Assembly (NCBI GenBank): GCA_046565745.1
Contig: JBKHYA010000002.1
Span: 2,350-66,349 of the forward strand
Source: Actinomycetes bacterium
GTDB taxonomy: Bacteria; Actinomycetota; Actinomycetes; Actinomycetales; Microbacteriaceae
Length of the DNA: 64,000 bases
Reading direction: 5' to 3'
Below the pieces are notes generated by a model. The model had not been told where the DNA came from. It saw only the letters and a list, made by a program, of their open reading frames with translations, and did no database searches. A program made the position numbers and the translations under genes. Positions 33,956 through 43,533 of the stretch are shown here, in pieces. The first letter of the stretch is position 1. Each line of letters begins with the position of its first letter.

Positions 33956-34330
33956 ATGACCGATCACCCCACACGCACCGACGCCCTGATCGTCGGACGT
34001 CTCGGAGTCGACCTCTATCCCTTGCAGGACTCGTTGGGCCTCGAGGATGTCAGCACCTTCAGGAAGTATCTCGGGGGGAGCGCGGACAACGTCGCGGTTG
34101 CGGTCGCTCGACTCGGGCATGATAAGGGCGCTTCTTTCGCGCGTGGGAGCGGACCCCTTCGGCCGTCACCTCCGACGCGAGCTCGATCGACTCGGGGTCG
34201 ACAACCACGCCGTCGCCGTCGACCCCGACCTTCTCACCCCGGTCACGTTCTGCAAGATCTTCCCTCCCGACGACTTCCCGCTCTACTTCTATCGCCAGCC
34301 GAAAGCGCCGGACGTCAACATCGACGACCG
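33956..34330 (+). pseudogene. iolC: iolC remnant (frameshifted near 34125, 3' two-thirds deleted)
   Basis: GRLGVDLYPLQ..YLGGSADNVA in one frame, continues RVGADPFG..IFPPDDFPLYFYRQPKAPD in another. Confidence 0.9.
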
Positions 34331-34363
34331 ACCGCCCTTCCGAGAAGAGACCAGGAACCACGA

Positions 34364-35092
34364 ATGACGGTGCTCGTCGAGTTTTCGGCCCACCCGTGGA
34401 CAGTGGACGGAAATATCCGCGAGCGCACCATCGCCGGTGTCTTCGGGACCTTCGGTCACGGCAACGCGGCCGGCGTCGGCCAGGCGCTCGCGCAGTTGCA
34501 TGAACGCGAGCCGGGGGCGGTGCCCTACTACCAGGCGCGCAACGAACAGGCGATGGTGCACCAGTCGGTGGGTTCCTCACGCATGCACCGGCGGAGGGTG
34601 ACGTTGGCGTCTGCGGCCTCCGTGGGGCCCGGCGCGACCAATGTGCTGACCGGCGCGGCGCTCGCGACGACCAATCGCCTACCAGCCCTGCTGCTGCCGT
34701 CGGACACGTATGCGACGCGGGTCGCCGACCCGGTGTTGCAGCAGCTCGAACAGCCGTGGGACCCCGGCCTGTCGGTCAAAGGTGATGAACGGCTGCCGGT
34801 CGATCTCGCCATGAACGCGCGCAGCTACGGCATCGATGTCGTCGCGATCACGCCCGGTCCGGATGCCGTCGGATGCTTCCACGCCGCCGTCGTCCCCGCG
34901 AAGGCAGCCGACACCTCGACCGTTATCCACGTCGAGACCGACCCGCTCGTCTACGGCCCCGACGGTGAAGCCTCGTGGGATGTCCCCGTTCCGGAGGTGT
35001 CGGACCTCGAATCCACGCGCGCTGCGCGTGTCGTCTACGAGCAGAAGCGCGTCGCGCAGCGGCCGCTTCTCGGAGAGCAGGGAACATCATGA
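34364..35092 (+). pseudogene. iolD: iolD remnant with large in-frame internal deletion
   Basis: N-terminal ~140 aa (FGHGN, RNEQAM, ADPVLQQLE) fused at ~34778 to C-terminal ~100 aa (LPVDL..WDVPV..QRPLLG); ThDP-binding region absent. Confidence 0.9.
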
Positions 35093-36006
35093 GCGCTGAG
35101 GTCGCCGGCGCGCCGGTCAGCTTTGGAGTCTTCGAGCTGACCCCCGAGGGTGCCGAGACGGTGACGGCCGATCAGCTTCTTGAGTCGCTGCAAGCCAGCG
35201 GGTATCGCGGAGTCGACCTCGGTCCCCTCGGGTTCCTCGGGCGAGGCCGGGAGCTGCGAACACGGCTCGCCCGGTTCGAGCTCGAGCTCGCCGGTGGATG
35301 GGTGCAGCTGCCCTTCTCCGACGACGAAGCCTTCGCGGCGTCCCTCCCGCAGCTCACTGAGGCACTCCGCGCCTTCGCGGAGTCGGCGGAAGACGGTCCG
35401 AGCAGGATGCCGCTCCCGACGCTAGCCGACGACGGTTCCGCGCTGCGCCAGGGGGCGCCCGGCCATGGCCACGAGATCGACCCCCTGAGCGACCCCGCGT
35501 GGGGACGTCTCGTGCGGAATTCCGCGACCGCTGCCGAGCTGGTGCGCGCTGCGGGCTTCGAGCCGACGTTCCACCACCACGCAGGCACGTTCATTGAGTC
35601 GCCGGACGAGATCGACCGTTTCCTGGCGGAAGTCGACATCGATCTGACGCTCGATACCGGGCATCTCGTCATCGCGGGTGGCGACCCGGTGGGCGCGCTT
35701 CAGCGGTGGGGCGACCGAATCAATCATCTTCATCTGAAGGACGTCGATCTGGCCGTCCTCGACGGAGTCCTTGCCGCAGGCGGGGGCATGCGCGAGGTGT
35801 GGTCGTCGGGTGCCTTCGTCGCCTTCGGCCGCGGTGACATCGATCTCGACAACGTCCTCACGACGGTCTCGTCGCGGGGCTTCGACGGCTGGATCGTCGT
35901 CGAACAAGACGTTCTCAACGGTCCCGATGTGGCGATCGACGCGTTCCTCGCAGCACGAGCGCATGACCAGAAACTCAACCGGGACGCGCTGCGCGCCTGG
36001 GCCTGA
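35089..36006 (+). CDS. iolE: Myo-inosose-2 dehydratase-like TIM barrel
   Basis: APVSFGV, FHHHAGT, LDTGH, HLHLKD, GWIVVEQD; only IolE candidate in the region. Confidence 0.72.
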   Translation: MSAEVAGAPVSFGVFELTPEGAETVTADQLLESLQASGYRGVDLGPLGFLGRGRELRTRLARFELELAGGWVQLPFSDDEAFAASLPQLTEALRAFAESAEDGPSRMPLPTLADDGSALRQGAPGHGHEIDPLSDPAWGRLVRNSATAAELVRAAGFEPTFHHHAGTFIESPDEIDRFLAEVDIDLTLDTGHLVIAGGDPVGALQRWGDRINHLHLKDVDLAVLDGVLAAGGGMREVWSSGAFVAFGRGDIDLDNVLTTVSSRGFDGWIVVEQDVLNGPDVAIDAFLAARAHDQKLNRDALRAWA

Positions 36007-36037
36007 CCCAGTCGACATCCTCGAGGAGACACCACCC

Positions 36038-37045
36038 ATGAACACCCCCATTCGCTTCGCTCTCATCGGGAGCGGCCGCATCGGCCAGGTGCACGCCGCG
36101 AGCATCGCCGCCTCGTCCGAGGCAACGCTCGCGTGGGTCTGCGACCCGATCATCGAAGGCGCTCAGGCCGTGGCAGCGCGCTACGGAGGTGAGGTGAGCG
36201 CGGATGCGGCCGATGCTCTCGCCTCGGGAGAGATCGACGCCGTGCTCATCGCCTCACCGACCGCGACCCACGTCGACCTGATCGCGGCATCGGTCGCGGC
36301 GGGAATCCCGGTGTTGTGCGAAAAACCCATCGACCTCGACGTCGCGCGCGTCGAAACGCTGAGGCCGGTCGTGGCAGACGCCGGGGTACCCGTCGCCCTC
36401 GGCTTCAACCGTCGCTTCGACCCCGCCTTCGCCAGCGTCAGGACCCGGGTGGCCGCGGGCGAGATCGGTGAACTCGAGCAGCTCTCGATCATCAGTCGCG
36501 ACCCCTCCGCGCCGCCCGCCGCGTACGTAGGCGTCTCGGGAGGCATCTTCCGGGACATGACGATCCACGACTTCGACATGGCGCGCTTCTTCCTGCCGGA
36601 CATCGTCGAGGTCAGCGCCACGGGGAGCACCGTGTTCGACCCGGGAGCGCGCGAGCACGGCGACTTCGACACGGCCGTGGTGACGCTCCGCGCCTCGTCC
36701 GGCGCCCTCGTCTCGATCACGAACTCGCGGCACAGTGCGGTCGGTTACGACCAGCGTCTCGAGGCGTTCGGCGCGCGGGGCTCCCTCAGCGTCGCGAACG
36801 CCCCGACCAGCTTGGTCAGCATCTCGACGGCGACGGCGGTCGAGGCCAAGCCTCCGTACCAGGACTTCTTCCTCGAACGATACGCTGAGGCCTACGCGGC
36901 CGAACTCGCGGAATTCATCAAACTCGTTCGCGGGGAGGCATCGACGAGCCCGACTTTCGACGACGGGCGCGCCGCGCTCCTGCTCGCGGACGCCGCTCAA
37001 CGATCCGCGACCGAGCGGGTCGTCGTCTCGGTCGATCTGTCATGA
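36038..37045 (+). CDS. iolG: Inositol 2-dehydrogenase
   Basis: GSGRIG, CEKP, GFNRRFDP, SRDP, GGIFRDMTIHDFD, GYDQRLE. Confidence 0.9.
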   Translation: MNTPIRFALIGSGRIGQVHAASIAASSEATLAWVCDPIIEGAQAVAARYGGEVSADAADALASGEIDAVLIASPTATHVDLIAASVAAGIPVLCEKPIDLDVARVETLRPVVADAGVPVALGFNRRFDPAFASVRTRVAAGEIGELEQLSIISRDPSAPPAAYVGVSGGIFRDMTIHDFDMARFFLPDIVEVSATGSTVFDPGAREHGDFDTAVVTLRASSGALVSITNSRHSAVGYDQRLEAFGARGSLSVANAPTSLVSISTATAVEAKPPYQDFFLERYAEAYAAELAEFIKLVRGEASTSPTFDDGRAALLLADAAQRSATERVVVSVDLS

Positions 37046-38115
37046 GAACCGCGACTCAGACCCCGTTCGGACGGATGACGACGTCGACCCCGACCGCACT
37101 CTGGAACGATTCGGCGGATCCCGACGAGCTCAGCCGTTCGATCGCCTTCGGCGCGGTCGGGGCGACCTGTAACCCCGTCATCGCTCTCACCGCGATCCGG
37201 AGCAATCCGGATGTCTGGCGCCCTCGCTTGCGAGAGCTTGCCGACAGCCATCCCACGTGGGGAGAGTCTGAGATCGGCTGGGCGGCCGTCGCGGAGCTAT
37301 CGATCGAGGCGGCGCGGATCCTCGAGCCGGCCTTCGAGGCGTCGCAAGGCCGCAACGGCCGTCTCTCGATCCAGACGGATCCGCGGCTGCATCGCGATGT
37401 CGATGCTCTTGTGGAGCAGGCGGTCGAGTTTTCGCAGCTCGCGACGAACATCATCGTCAAGATCCCCGCGACTCGTCGTGGCATCGCGGCTATAGAGGAG
37501 GCGGCGTTTCGCGGGGTGAGCATCAACGCGACACTGAGCTTCACTGTTGCGCAGGCGGTCGCCGTCGGCGAAGCGCTCGAACGAGCCCTCGAGCGGCGGA
37601 CCGCTGCTGGCCTCCCCGCCCAGGAATTCGGTCACGTCGTGACGATCATGGGCGGTCGGCTCGACGATTGGCTCAAGACTTGGACGGCACGCGAGGGGAT
37701 CCTGACGACTCCGGGTGTGCTCGACTGGGCCGGTGTCGCGGCTTTGAAGCGCGCGTACTCCATCTTCCGGGAGCGCGGGTATCGCAGTCGGATACTTTCG
37801 GCCGCTTTTCGCAGCCACCTCCACTGGTCGGAGCTCGTCGGAGGCGATCTCGTGATCTCGCCGCCCTTCGAGTGGCAGCAGCGGATCCAGCAGAGCGATT
37901 TCCTGGGGGAGAGCCGCATCGACGAGCCGGTCGCTCGCGCCACGCTCGAGGAGTTGTCGACGCTGAGCGAGTTCCGGCGAGCCTACGAGCCGGATGGGAT
38001 GCGTGCCGAGGAGTTCGAGGACTTCGGGGCATCCCGTCACACCCTTCGGCAGTTTCTTGACGCCGACGCTCAGCTCGACGCGCTCGTGCGCGACGTCGTC
38101 GTCGGAGCGCCCTGA
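37042..38115 (+). CDS. Transaldolase-family protein with atypical active site
   Basis: LWND, GATCNP, VKIPAT Schiff-base Lys, NATLSF, GRLDD; SIQ in place of SIE. Confidence 0.85.
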   Translation: MRTATQTPFGRMTTSTPTALWNDSADPDELSRSIAFGAVGATCNPVIALTAIRSNPDVWRPRLRELADSHPTWGESEIGWAAVAELSIEAARILEPAFEASQGRNGRLSIQTDPRLHRDVDALVEQAVEFSQLATNIIVKIPATRRGIAAIEEAAFRGVSINATLSFTVAQAVAVGEALERALERRTAAGLPAQEFGHVVTIMGGRLDDWLKTWTAREGILTTPGVLDWAGVAALKRAYSIFRERGYRSRILSAAFRSHLHWSELVGGDLVISPPFEWQQRIQQSDFLGESRIDEPVARATLEELSTLSEFRRAYEPDGMRAEEFEDFGASRHTLRQFLDADAQLDALVRDVVVGAP

Positions 38116-38891
38116 TGGCTATCAGATTGGCGGCGTCCGCGGAGATGCTCTTCCGGGAGCTGCCGTTCCGCGATCGTGTGCAACGCATCCATGACAGGGG
38201 CTTCGAGGTCGAGATCTGGGATTGGAGCACCAAGGATCTCGAGGCGCTCGCCACGACCGGAGCCACCTTCTCATCGATGACCGGCTACCTCCGTGGGGAT
38301 CTCATCACCCCGGGTGGCCGTGCGGAGCTGGTGCGAACGGCCCGGCTCTCGCTCGAGAAGGCCATGATCATCGACGTGCCGCGGCTCAATCTTCACGGGA
38401 CCGGTCTCGACCCGAACGGGCTTCCGGTGATTCCGACCCCCTCGGTGAGCGGGGCGGACTGGATCGCGGCTGTCGGGACTCTCACCGCCGTCGCAGCACT
38501 GGGCGAGGAGAGCGGTCGCGTCTTCACGCTCGAGAACCTCAACACCGCGGTCGACCACCCGGCGGTGCCCTTCGCGCGGGCCGCTGACACCCTCGCGCTC
38601 GTGAGTGCCGTCGACAGCCCTGCGTTGCGGCTCAACCTCGATCTCTACCACGCTCAGATCGGCGAGGGGAATCTGGTCGACCTGGTCACGCGCGCGCTTC
38701 CCTATGTCGGGGAGATCCAGGTGGCGGATGTCCCCGGACGATGCGAACCGGGCACGGGAGAGATCCGCTACGAGCGCATCGCGCTCCTGCTCGAAGAGTT
38801 GGGGTTCGATGGCGTGGTCGGGCTGGAAGGCTGGGCCAGCGGCGACTCGGATGCTGCGCTCGAGGCATTCCGTCGGGCTTTCACGGTCTGA
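38115..38891 (+). CDS. Hydroxypyruvate isomerase (Hyi)-family TIM barrel, possible inosose isomerase
   Basis: ENLN..DHP, DLYHAQ.GEGN, QVADVPGRCEPGTGEI, VGLE. Confidence 0.85.
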   Translation: MAIRLAASAEMLFRELPFRDRVQRIHDRGFEVEIWDWSTKDLEALATTGATFSSMTGYLRGDLITPGGRAELVRTARLSLEKAMIIDVPRLNLHGTGLDPNGLPVIPTPSVSGADWIAAVGTLTAVAALGEESGRVFTLENLNTAVDHPAVPFARAADTLALVSAVDSPALRLNLDLYHAQIGEGNLVDLVTRALPYVGEIQVADVPGRCEPGTGEIRYERIALLLEELGFDGVVGLEGWASGDSDAALEAFRRAFTV

Positions 38892-38904
38892 AACCGCGCA
38901 ACGG

Positions 38905-40089
38905 TCAGACGTCGAACGTCGTGGATCCCTCCGCACGCCGCACGACGGTCCACTGTCCGGAGTCGGCGCTGCTGAGGGCCGCTGCCGCGATCTCAGCAGC
39001 GGCCCACGCGTCGGACGCCGAGGGGGAGTACTGGACGTCCTCCGCGACCGAACGCAGAAAGAGCGAGGCTTCGATCGTCTTCAGGTCGTCGAAGCCCATA
39101 CTCGTCCCGGCACCGGGCTGGAACCGTGAGAACTCGCCGAAGCCCGGGGCCGCCATGATGCGGCGATACCCCGAGGTGTCGTCGGCAAACTCGAACTCGT
39201 TGAGGCGTTCGAAGTTCCAACGGAGCGATCCCAGGGTTCCGTAAACCTCGAGCGTGTACTCGGCGCGAGGGCCGATCGCGATGCGGCTGCTTTCGACGGT
39301 GCCGACGGCTCCGGATTCGAGGCGAAGGAGCAGCGCCGCGTAGTCCTCGTTCTCGACGGCGCCCTTCAGGTCGCCCTCACGTCCGCGGCTGAAGTGACTC
39401 GCGGCGCCGCTCGCGGGTAGCGGGCGTTCGGTGATCGTCGTCGACGTTAGTGCCGTCACCGACTCGATGCGGCCGGCGATGTACTGCACGAGATCCGCGG
39501 CGTGAGAGACGAGGTCCCCAAGAACGCCGGAGCCCGCGCTGTCGTTCTGGAACCGCCAGGTGAGCGCCCCGGACGGATCTGCCGAGTAGTCGGCGAAGAA
39601 GGAGGAGCGCACGTTGGTCACGGCGCCGATCGCCCCCTCGCGAACGAGTTCGCGCGCGCGCGCGATCGCCGGAGCGTGGCGGTAGTTGAACCCGACGGCG
39701 GTCACGAGTCCGGCAGCCGAGGCCGCTCGAGCGATCTCCTCGGATTCGGACGCCGATCGGCCCATCGGCTTCTCGATCCAGATCGGCTTGCCGGCGGCGA
39801 TCGCGGCGAGCGCCATCTCGCGATGGAGGAAGTTGGGAGCGCAGATCGAGACGACGTCGACGTCGGGATCGCTCAGAACTTCCCGATAGTCAGTCGTCGA
39901 CCGCCGGTAGCCGAGGACCTCGGTGGCGAACTCGCGGGTGGCGGCGTCGGTATCGGCCGCCGCGACGAGCTCAGCGCGTACGGGGAGCTCGGGGAAGTGC
40001 TGTGCGGCGGCGAGGTAGGCCCGGGAGTGGAGTCGGCCCATCCAGCCCACCGAGATCAGGCCAACTCCGAGTTGTCGCTTCTGGTCCAT
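38905..40089 (-). CDS. Gfo/Idh/MocA oxidoreductase
   Basis: GWMG..H, EKP, GFNYR, GVLGDL..H, ENED. Confidence 0.9.
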   Translation of the reverse strand: MDQKRQLGVGLISVGWMGRLHSRAYLAAAQHFPELPVRAELVAAADTDAATREFATEVLGYRRSTTDYREVLSDPDVDVVSICAPNFLHREMALAAIAAGKPIWIEKPMGRSASESEEIARAASAAGLVTAVGFNYRHAPAIARARELVREGAIGAVTNVRSSFFADYSADPSGALTWRFQNDSAGSGVLGDLVSHAADLVQYIAGRIESVTALTSTTITERPLPASGAASHFSRGREGDLKGAVENEDYAALLLRLESGAVGTVESSRIAIGPRAEYTLEVYGTLGSLRWNFERLNEFEFADDTSGYRRIMAAPGFGEFSRFQPGAGTSMGFDDLKTIEASLFLRSVAEDVQYSPSASDAWAAAEIAAAALSSADSGQWTVVRRAEGSTTFDV

Positions 40090-40153
40090 GGGATGCGTCT
40101 CCCCTCCTCGTACATCGGGATGCTGACGACTCTAGCAGTCGAGGATGACAGAA

Positions 40154-40197
40154 TGTATGGACAAATCATTGACACGGCGTGGAACGTCATCCAGAAT
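40154..40197 (+). promoter_or_regulatory. IolR-like box plus SigA promoter of ABC operon
   Basis: TGTATGGACA (40154-40163) next to TTGACA (40169)-17nt-CAGAAT (40192). Confidence 0.65.
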
Positions 40198-40368
40198 CGT
40201 GCCGACGCCGACGTCACGTGGTGCAGGACTGGGAGTGATCCCACCGAAATTCACGACCGACGGCGCACCGTAGCGCTCGCCGGGCTTGAATCCTCCGACG
40301 AGCGAGCGTTGCGGCCAACCCCTAGTTCCGTCGAAGGCGGAGCAGCACAGAGAGGGAACTGCCCAAAC

Positions 40369-41343
40369 ATGAAGCGCAAAATCACCGCGATCGGCATCGC
40401 CGCCGCCGCCGCCGGAATCTTCCTGGCAGGATGCACGGGTACCGGTCAGAACACCACGGACGGCTCGTCCGACTCCTCGACCTCGGACCTCACGTACGCG
40501 GTCGTCACTCACGCCGGTCCCGGTGACTCGTTCTGGGATCGCGTCAAGGCGGGAGCCGAAACGGCCGGGAGCGACCTCGGAGTCACGGTGACCTACAACT
40601 CCGATCCCGACCCCGCCAAGCAGTCGCAACTCATCGACAACGCCGTCGCGCAGGATGTCGATGGCATCGTCGTCTCGATGGCGAACCCCGACGGACTGCA
40701 GTCGAGCCTCGAGAAGGCCGTCGCCGCGGGCATCCCCGTCGTCACGATCAACTCCGGCCTCGACCGTTCGGCGGAGTTCGGCGCATTCACTCACATCGGC
40801 CAGAGCGAGACGGTCGCCGGCGCTGCGGTCGGTGAGCGTCTCGAAGAGTCCGGTCTGACGAAGGTGCTCTGCGTCATCCAGGAGGCAGGCAACGTGGGTC
40901 TCGAAGAGCGGTGCGCCGCTGCTACGGATGCATTCGGCGGCGACATGGAGAACCTCCAGGTCGACGGGACCAACGACGCCGAGGTCAAGGCGACGATCAA
41001 GTCGAAGCTCCAGGCCGACCCCACGATCGACGGCGTGCTGACCCTCGGTGGACAGTACGCGATCGATGCGGTCGGAGCCGTCGAGGAGTCGGGCAGCACC
41101 GCTCAGGTCGCCACGTTCGACCTCTCCGAAGACGTCGTCGCCGGCGTCGAGGCGGGGACGATCCTGTTCGCGGTGGATCAGCAGCCGTACGTCCAGGGTT
41201 TCCTCGGGATCACGGCGCTCTTCCTGAACTCGACGAACGGCAACACCATCGGTGGCGGCCAGCCGGTCTACTCCGGCCCCGCGTTCGTCACCAAGGAGAA
41301 CGCGGCGCAGGTCGCGGAGTTCGCCGCCAACGGCACTCGCTAA
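40369..41343 (+). CDS. Sugar/inositol ABC transporter substrate-binding lipoprotein
   Basis: Lipobox LAGC; THAGPGDSFW, VDQQPYVQG. Confidence 0.9.
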   Translation: MKRKITAIGIAAAAAGIFLAGCTGTGQNTTDGSSDSSTSDLTYAVVTHAGPGDSFWDRVKAGAETAGSDLGVTVTYNSDPDPAKQSQLIDNAVAQDVDGIVVSMANPDGLQSSLEKAVAAGIPVVTINSGLDRSAEFGAFTHIGQSETVAGAAVGERLEESGLTKVLCVIQEAGNVGLEERCAAATDAFGGDMENLQVDGTNDAEVKATIKSKLQADPTIDGVLTLGGQYAIDAVGAVEESGSTAQVATFDLSEDVVAGVEAGTILFAVDQQPYVQGFLGITALFLNSTNGNTIGGGQPVYSGPAFVTKENAAQVAEFAANGTR

Positions 41344-41355
41344 GGCAGAACGCTC

Positions 41356-41392
41356 GACCGGGTGGAACGGCCCATCGCCGTTCCACCCGGTC
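41356..41392 (+). other. Perfect 16-bp intercistronic hairpin
   Basis: GACCGGGTGGAACGGC-CCATC-GCCGTTCCACCCGGTC between SBP and permease; likely mRNA stabiliser or partial terminator. Confidence 0.7.
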
Positions 41393-41414
41393 ATCTTCAC
41401 GAAAGGAATCCCAA

Positions 41415-42458
41415 GTGACCACCACCGATATCGAGGTCATCGCGACCCGGCCCAGTCTGGACCGTCGGACGCTGAGCCGCCTTCTGGCGAGACCTGAGGT
41501 GGGGGCGCTCGTCGCGGCCCTCGCCGTGATGATCTTCTTCTCCGTCTACACCAAGAACTTCTTCACCCTTCCGGGTGCCGGTGTGTGGCTCGAGTCGGCA
41601 TCGACCTTCGGCATCATGGCCGTCGCGGTCGCGCTTCTCATGATCGGAGGAGAGTTCGATCTGTCCGCCGGCGTCATGACCGGATTCACCGCGTTGATCG
41701 TCGGGGTTCTCACCACGCAGTACGGCCTCAACATCTGGATCGCAGTCGTCGTCGCGCTCGTCGTCGCGCTCGGCGTCGGTGCCATAAACGGATTCCTGGT
41801 CATGAAGACCGGGCTCCCCAGCTTCATCGTCACGCTGGGCACGTTCTTCGTGCTCGCAGGGATCGACCTCGCGGTGACGAAGCTTCTCACCGGGCAAGTC
41901 GCCATCCAGGGAATGGCAAACGTGCCGCTCTACGACTCGATTCAGCCCGCCTTCGGATCCTCGGTCGTGATCGGTGGCGGAAACTTCTACGTCTCGGTCC
42001 TCTGGTGGTTCGCCGTGACGGCGATCGCTACGTGGGTACTGCTGCGCACCCGAGCCGGCAACTGGATCTTCGCGGTCGGTGGCGCCCTCAACTCCTCCCG
42101 TCAGGTCGGAGTACCGATCCTCAGGACCAAGGTGGGGCTTTTCATGACAACCGCTGCGGCGGGCTGGCTCGTGGGCATGATCTCCCTTTTCCGGACGTCG
42201 ACCGTTCAAGCGAACACAGGAGTCGGGCAAGAGTTCATCTACATCATCTGCGCCGTCGTCGGGGGTTGCCTGCTGACGGGCGGCTTCGGGTCGGCCGTTG
42301 GCGCTGCCCTAGGGGCGCTCATCTACGGAATGGTGTTCCAGGGAATCACCTTCGCGCAGTGGGACACGAACTGGCTCCGGACCTTCCTTGGTGTGATGCT
42401 CTTGCTCGCAGTTCTGCTCAACCACTGGGTGCGCACGCGAGCGGGAGGTGCACGATGA
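41415..42458 (+). CDS. Sugar ABC transporter permease (CUT2)
   Basis: [32 protein letters not shown]; AAAGGA RBS. Confidence 0.92.
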   Translation: MTTTDIEVIATRPSLDRRTLSRLLARPEVGALVAALAVMIFFSVYTKNFFTLPGAGVWLESASTFGIMAVAVALLMIGGEFDLSAGVMTGFTALIVGVLTTQYGLNIWIAVVVALVVALGVGAINGFLVMKTGLPSFIVTLGTFFVLAGIDLAVTKLLTGQVAIQGMANVPLYDSIQPAFGSSVVIGGGNFYVSVLWWFAVTAIATWVLLRTRAGNWIFAVGGALNSSRQVGVPILRTKVGLFMTTAAAGWLVGMISLFRTSTVQANTGVGQEFIYIICAVVGGCLLTGGFGSAVGAALGALIYGMVFQGITFAQWDTNWLRTFLGVMLLLAVLLNHWVRTRAGGAR

Positions 42459-43297
42459 CGACGTCGGCGACGGTTCCAATCCTCGAGGTCCGCGAGGTCG
42501 GCAAGCGATACGGCGCGGTCGTTGCACTCGACGGCGTGTCGACCTCCGTCGCCGCAGGGGAGGTCACTTGCGTCCTCGGAGACAACGGCGCCGGAAAGTC
42601 CACCTTCATCAAGATGCTGGCGGGTGCGCACACGCCGTCCGAGGGCGAGATTCTGCTCGATGGGGTGCCGACCACGTTCTCGTCGCCGCGAGCCGCGCTT
42701 TCCGCCGGCATCGCAACGGTCTTCCAAGACCTCGCCGTGGTACCGCTCATGCCCGTGTGGCGCAACTTCTTCCTGGGGTCCGAGATCACCAAGGGGCGGG
42801 GACCGTTCCGTCGCCTCGACGTCAAGGCGATGAAGCGCATCACTTTCGTAGAGCTCGCCAACATGGGAATCAACTTGCGTGACGTCGACCAGCCGATCGG
42901 CACCTTGTCGGGCGGGGAACGGCAGTGCGTTGCGATCGCACGAGCCGTCTACTTCGGAGCTCGTGTGCTGATCCTCGATGAGCCGACGGCAGCGCTCGGA
43001 GTGAAGCAGTCCGGAGTCGTGCTGCGCTACATCGCGCGCGCGCGGGACCGGGGACTGGGCGTGGTCTTCATCACACACAATCCGCACCACGCGTTCCCTG
43101 TCGGGGATCAATTCCTGCTGCTGAACCGCGGGGTCAGTCAGGGAAACTTCCTGAAGTCGGAGATCACCCTCACCGAGCTGACGGGCCTGATGGCGGGCGG
43201 TGCCGAACTGGATTCGCTTGTCCACGAGCTGGAGCGAACCCTCGGCGAGAACTCTGCGATCGTCAAAGACCTGGAAGACGGTCGGGACTACGGCTGA
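42455..43297 (+). CDS. Sugar ABC transporter ATP-binding protein
   Basis: [25 protein letters not shown]. Confidence 0.94.
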   Translation: MTTSATVPILEVREVGKRYGAVVALDGVSTSVAAGEVTCVLGDNGAGKSTFIKMLAGAHTPSEGEILLDGVPTTFSSPRAALSAGIATVFQDLAVVPLMPVWRNFFLGSEITKGRGPFRRLDVKAMKRITFVELANMGINLRDVDQPIGTLSGGERQCVAIARAVYFGARVLILDEPTAALGVKQSGVVLRYIARARDRGLGVVFITHNPHHAFPVGDQFLLLNRGVSQGNFLKSEITLTELTGLMAGGAELDSLVHELERTLGENSAIVKDLEDGRDYG

Positions 43298-43533
43298 GCC
43301 GAGATCGAGGACTTGGGCCGCATCCAGGGCCGACCCGAGTTCTCGGTCCGCGCGGCTCGGCCGCCGCAGGGCGTCGAGTGTTTCGCGTGTGGGACTTGCC
43401 GTGTCCGACGACCGTACGGCAGCGGTCAGGCACGGAAGTCGTGATTCGCATGGTTCTCAGCGCCGCACGACGCTTCGTGCTTCAGGGCCCGGCCGTCTCT
43501 CACTCGGTGGTATAGGAGGCCGCCGGGCCGTTC

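Noticed and set aside
33956-35092. 378-aa ORF as a functional IolC-IolD fusion enzyme
   Set aside because: Kinase core and ThDP-binding domain are both missing and the middle is out-of-frame sequence
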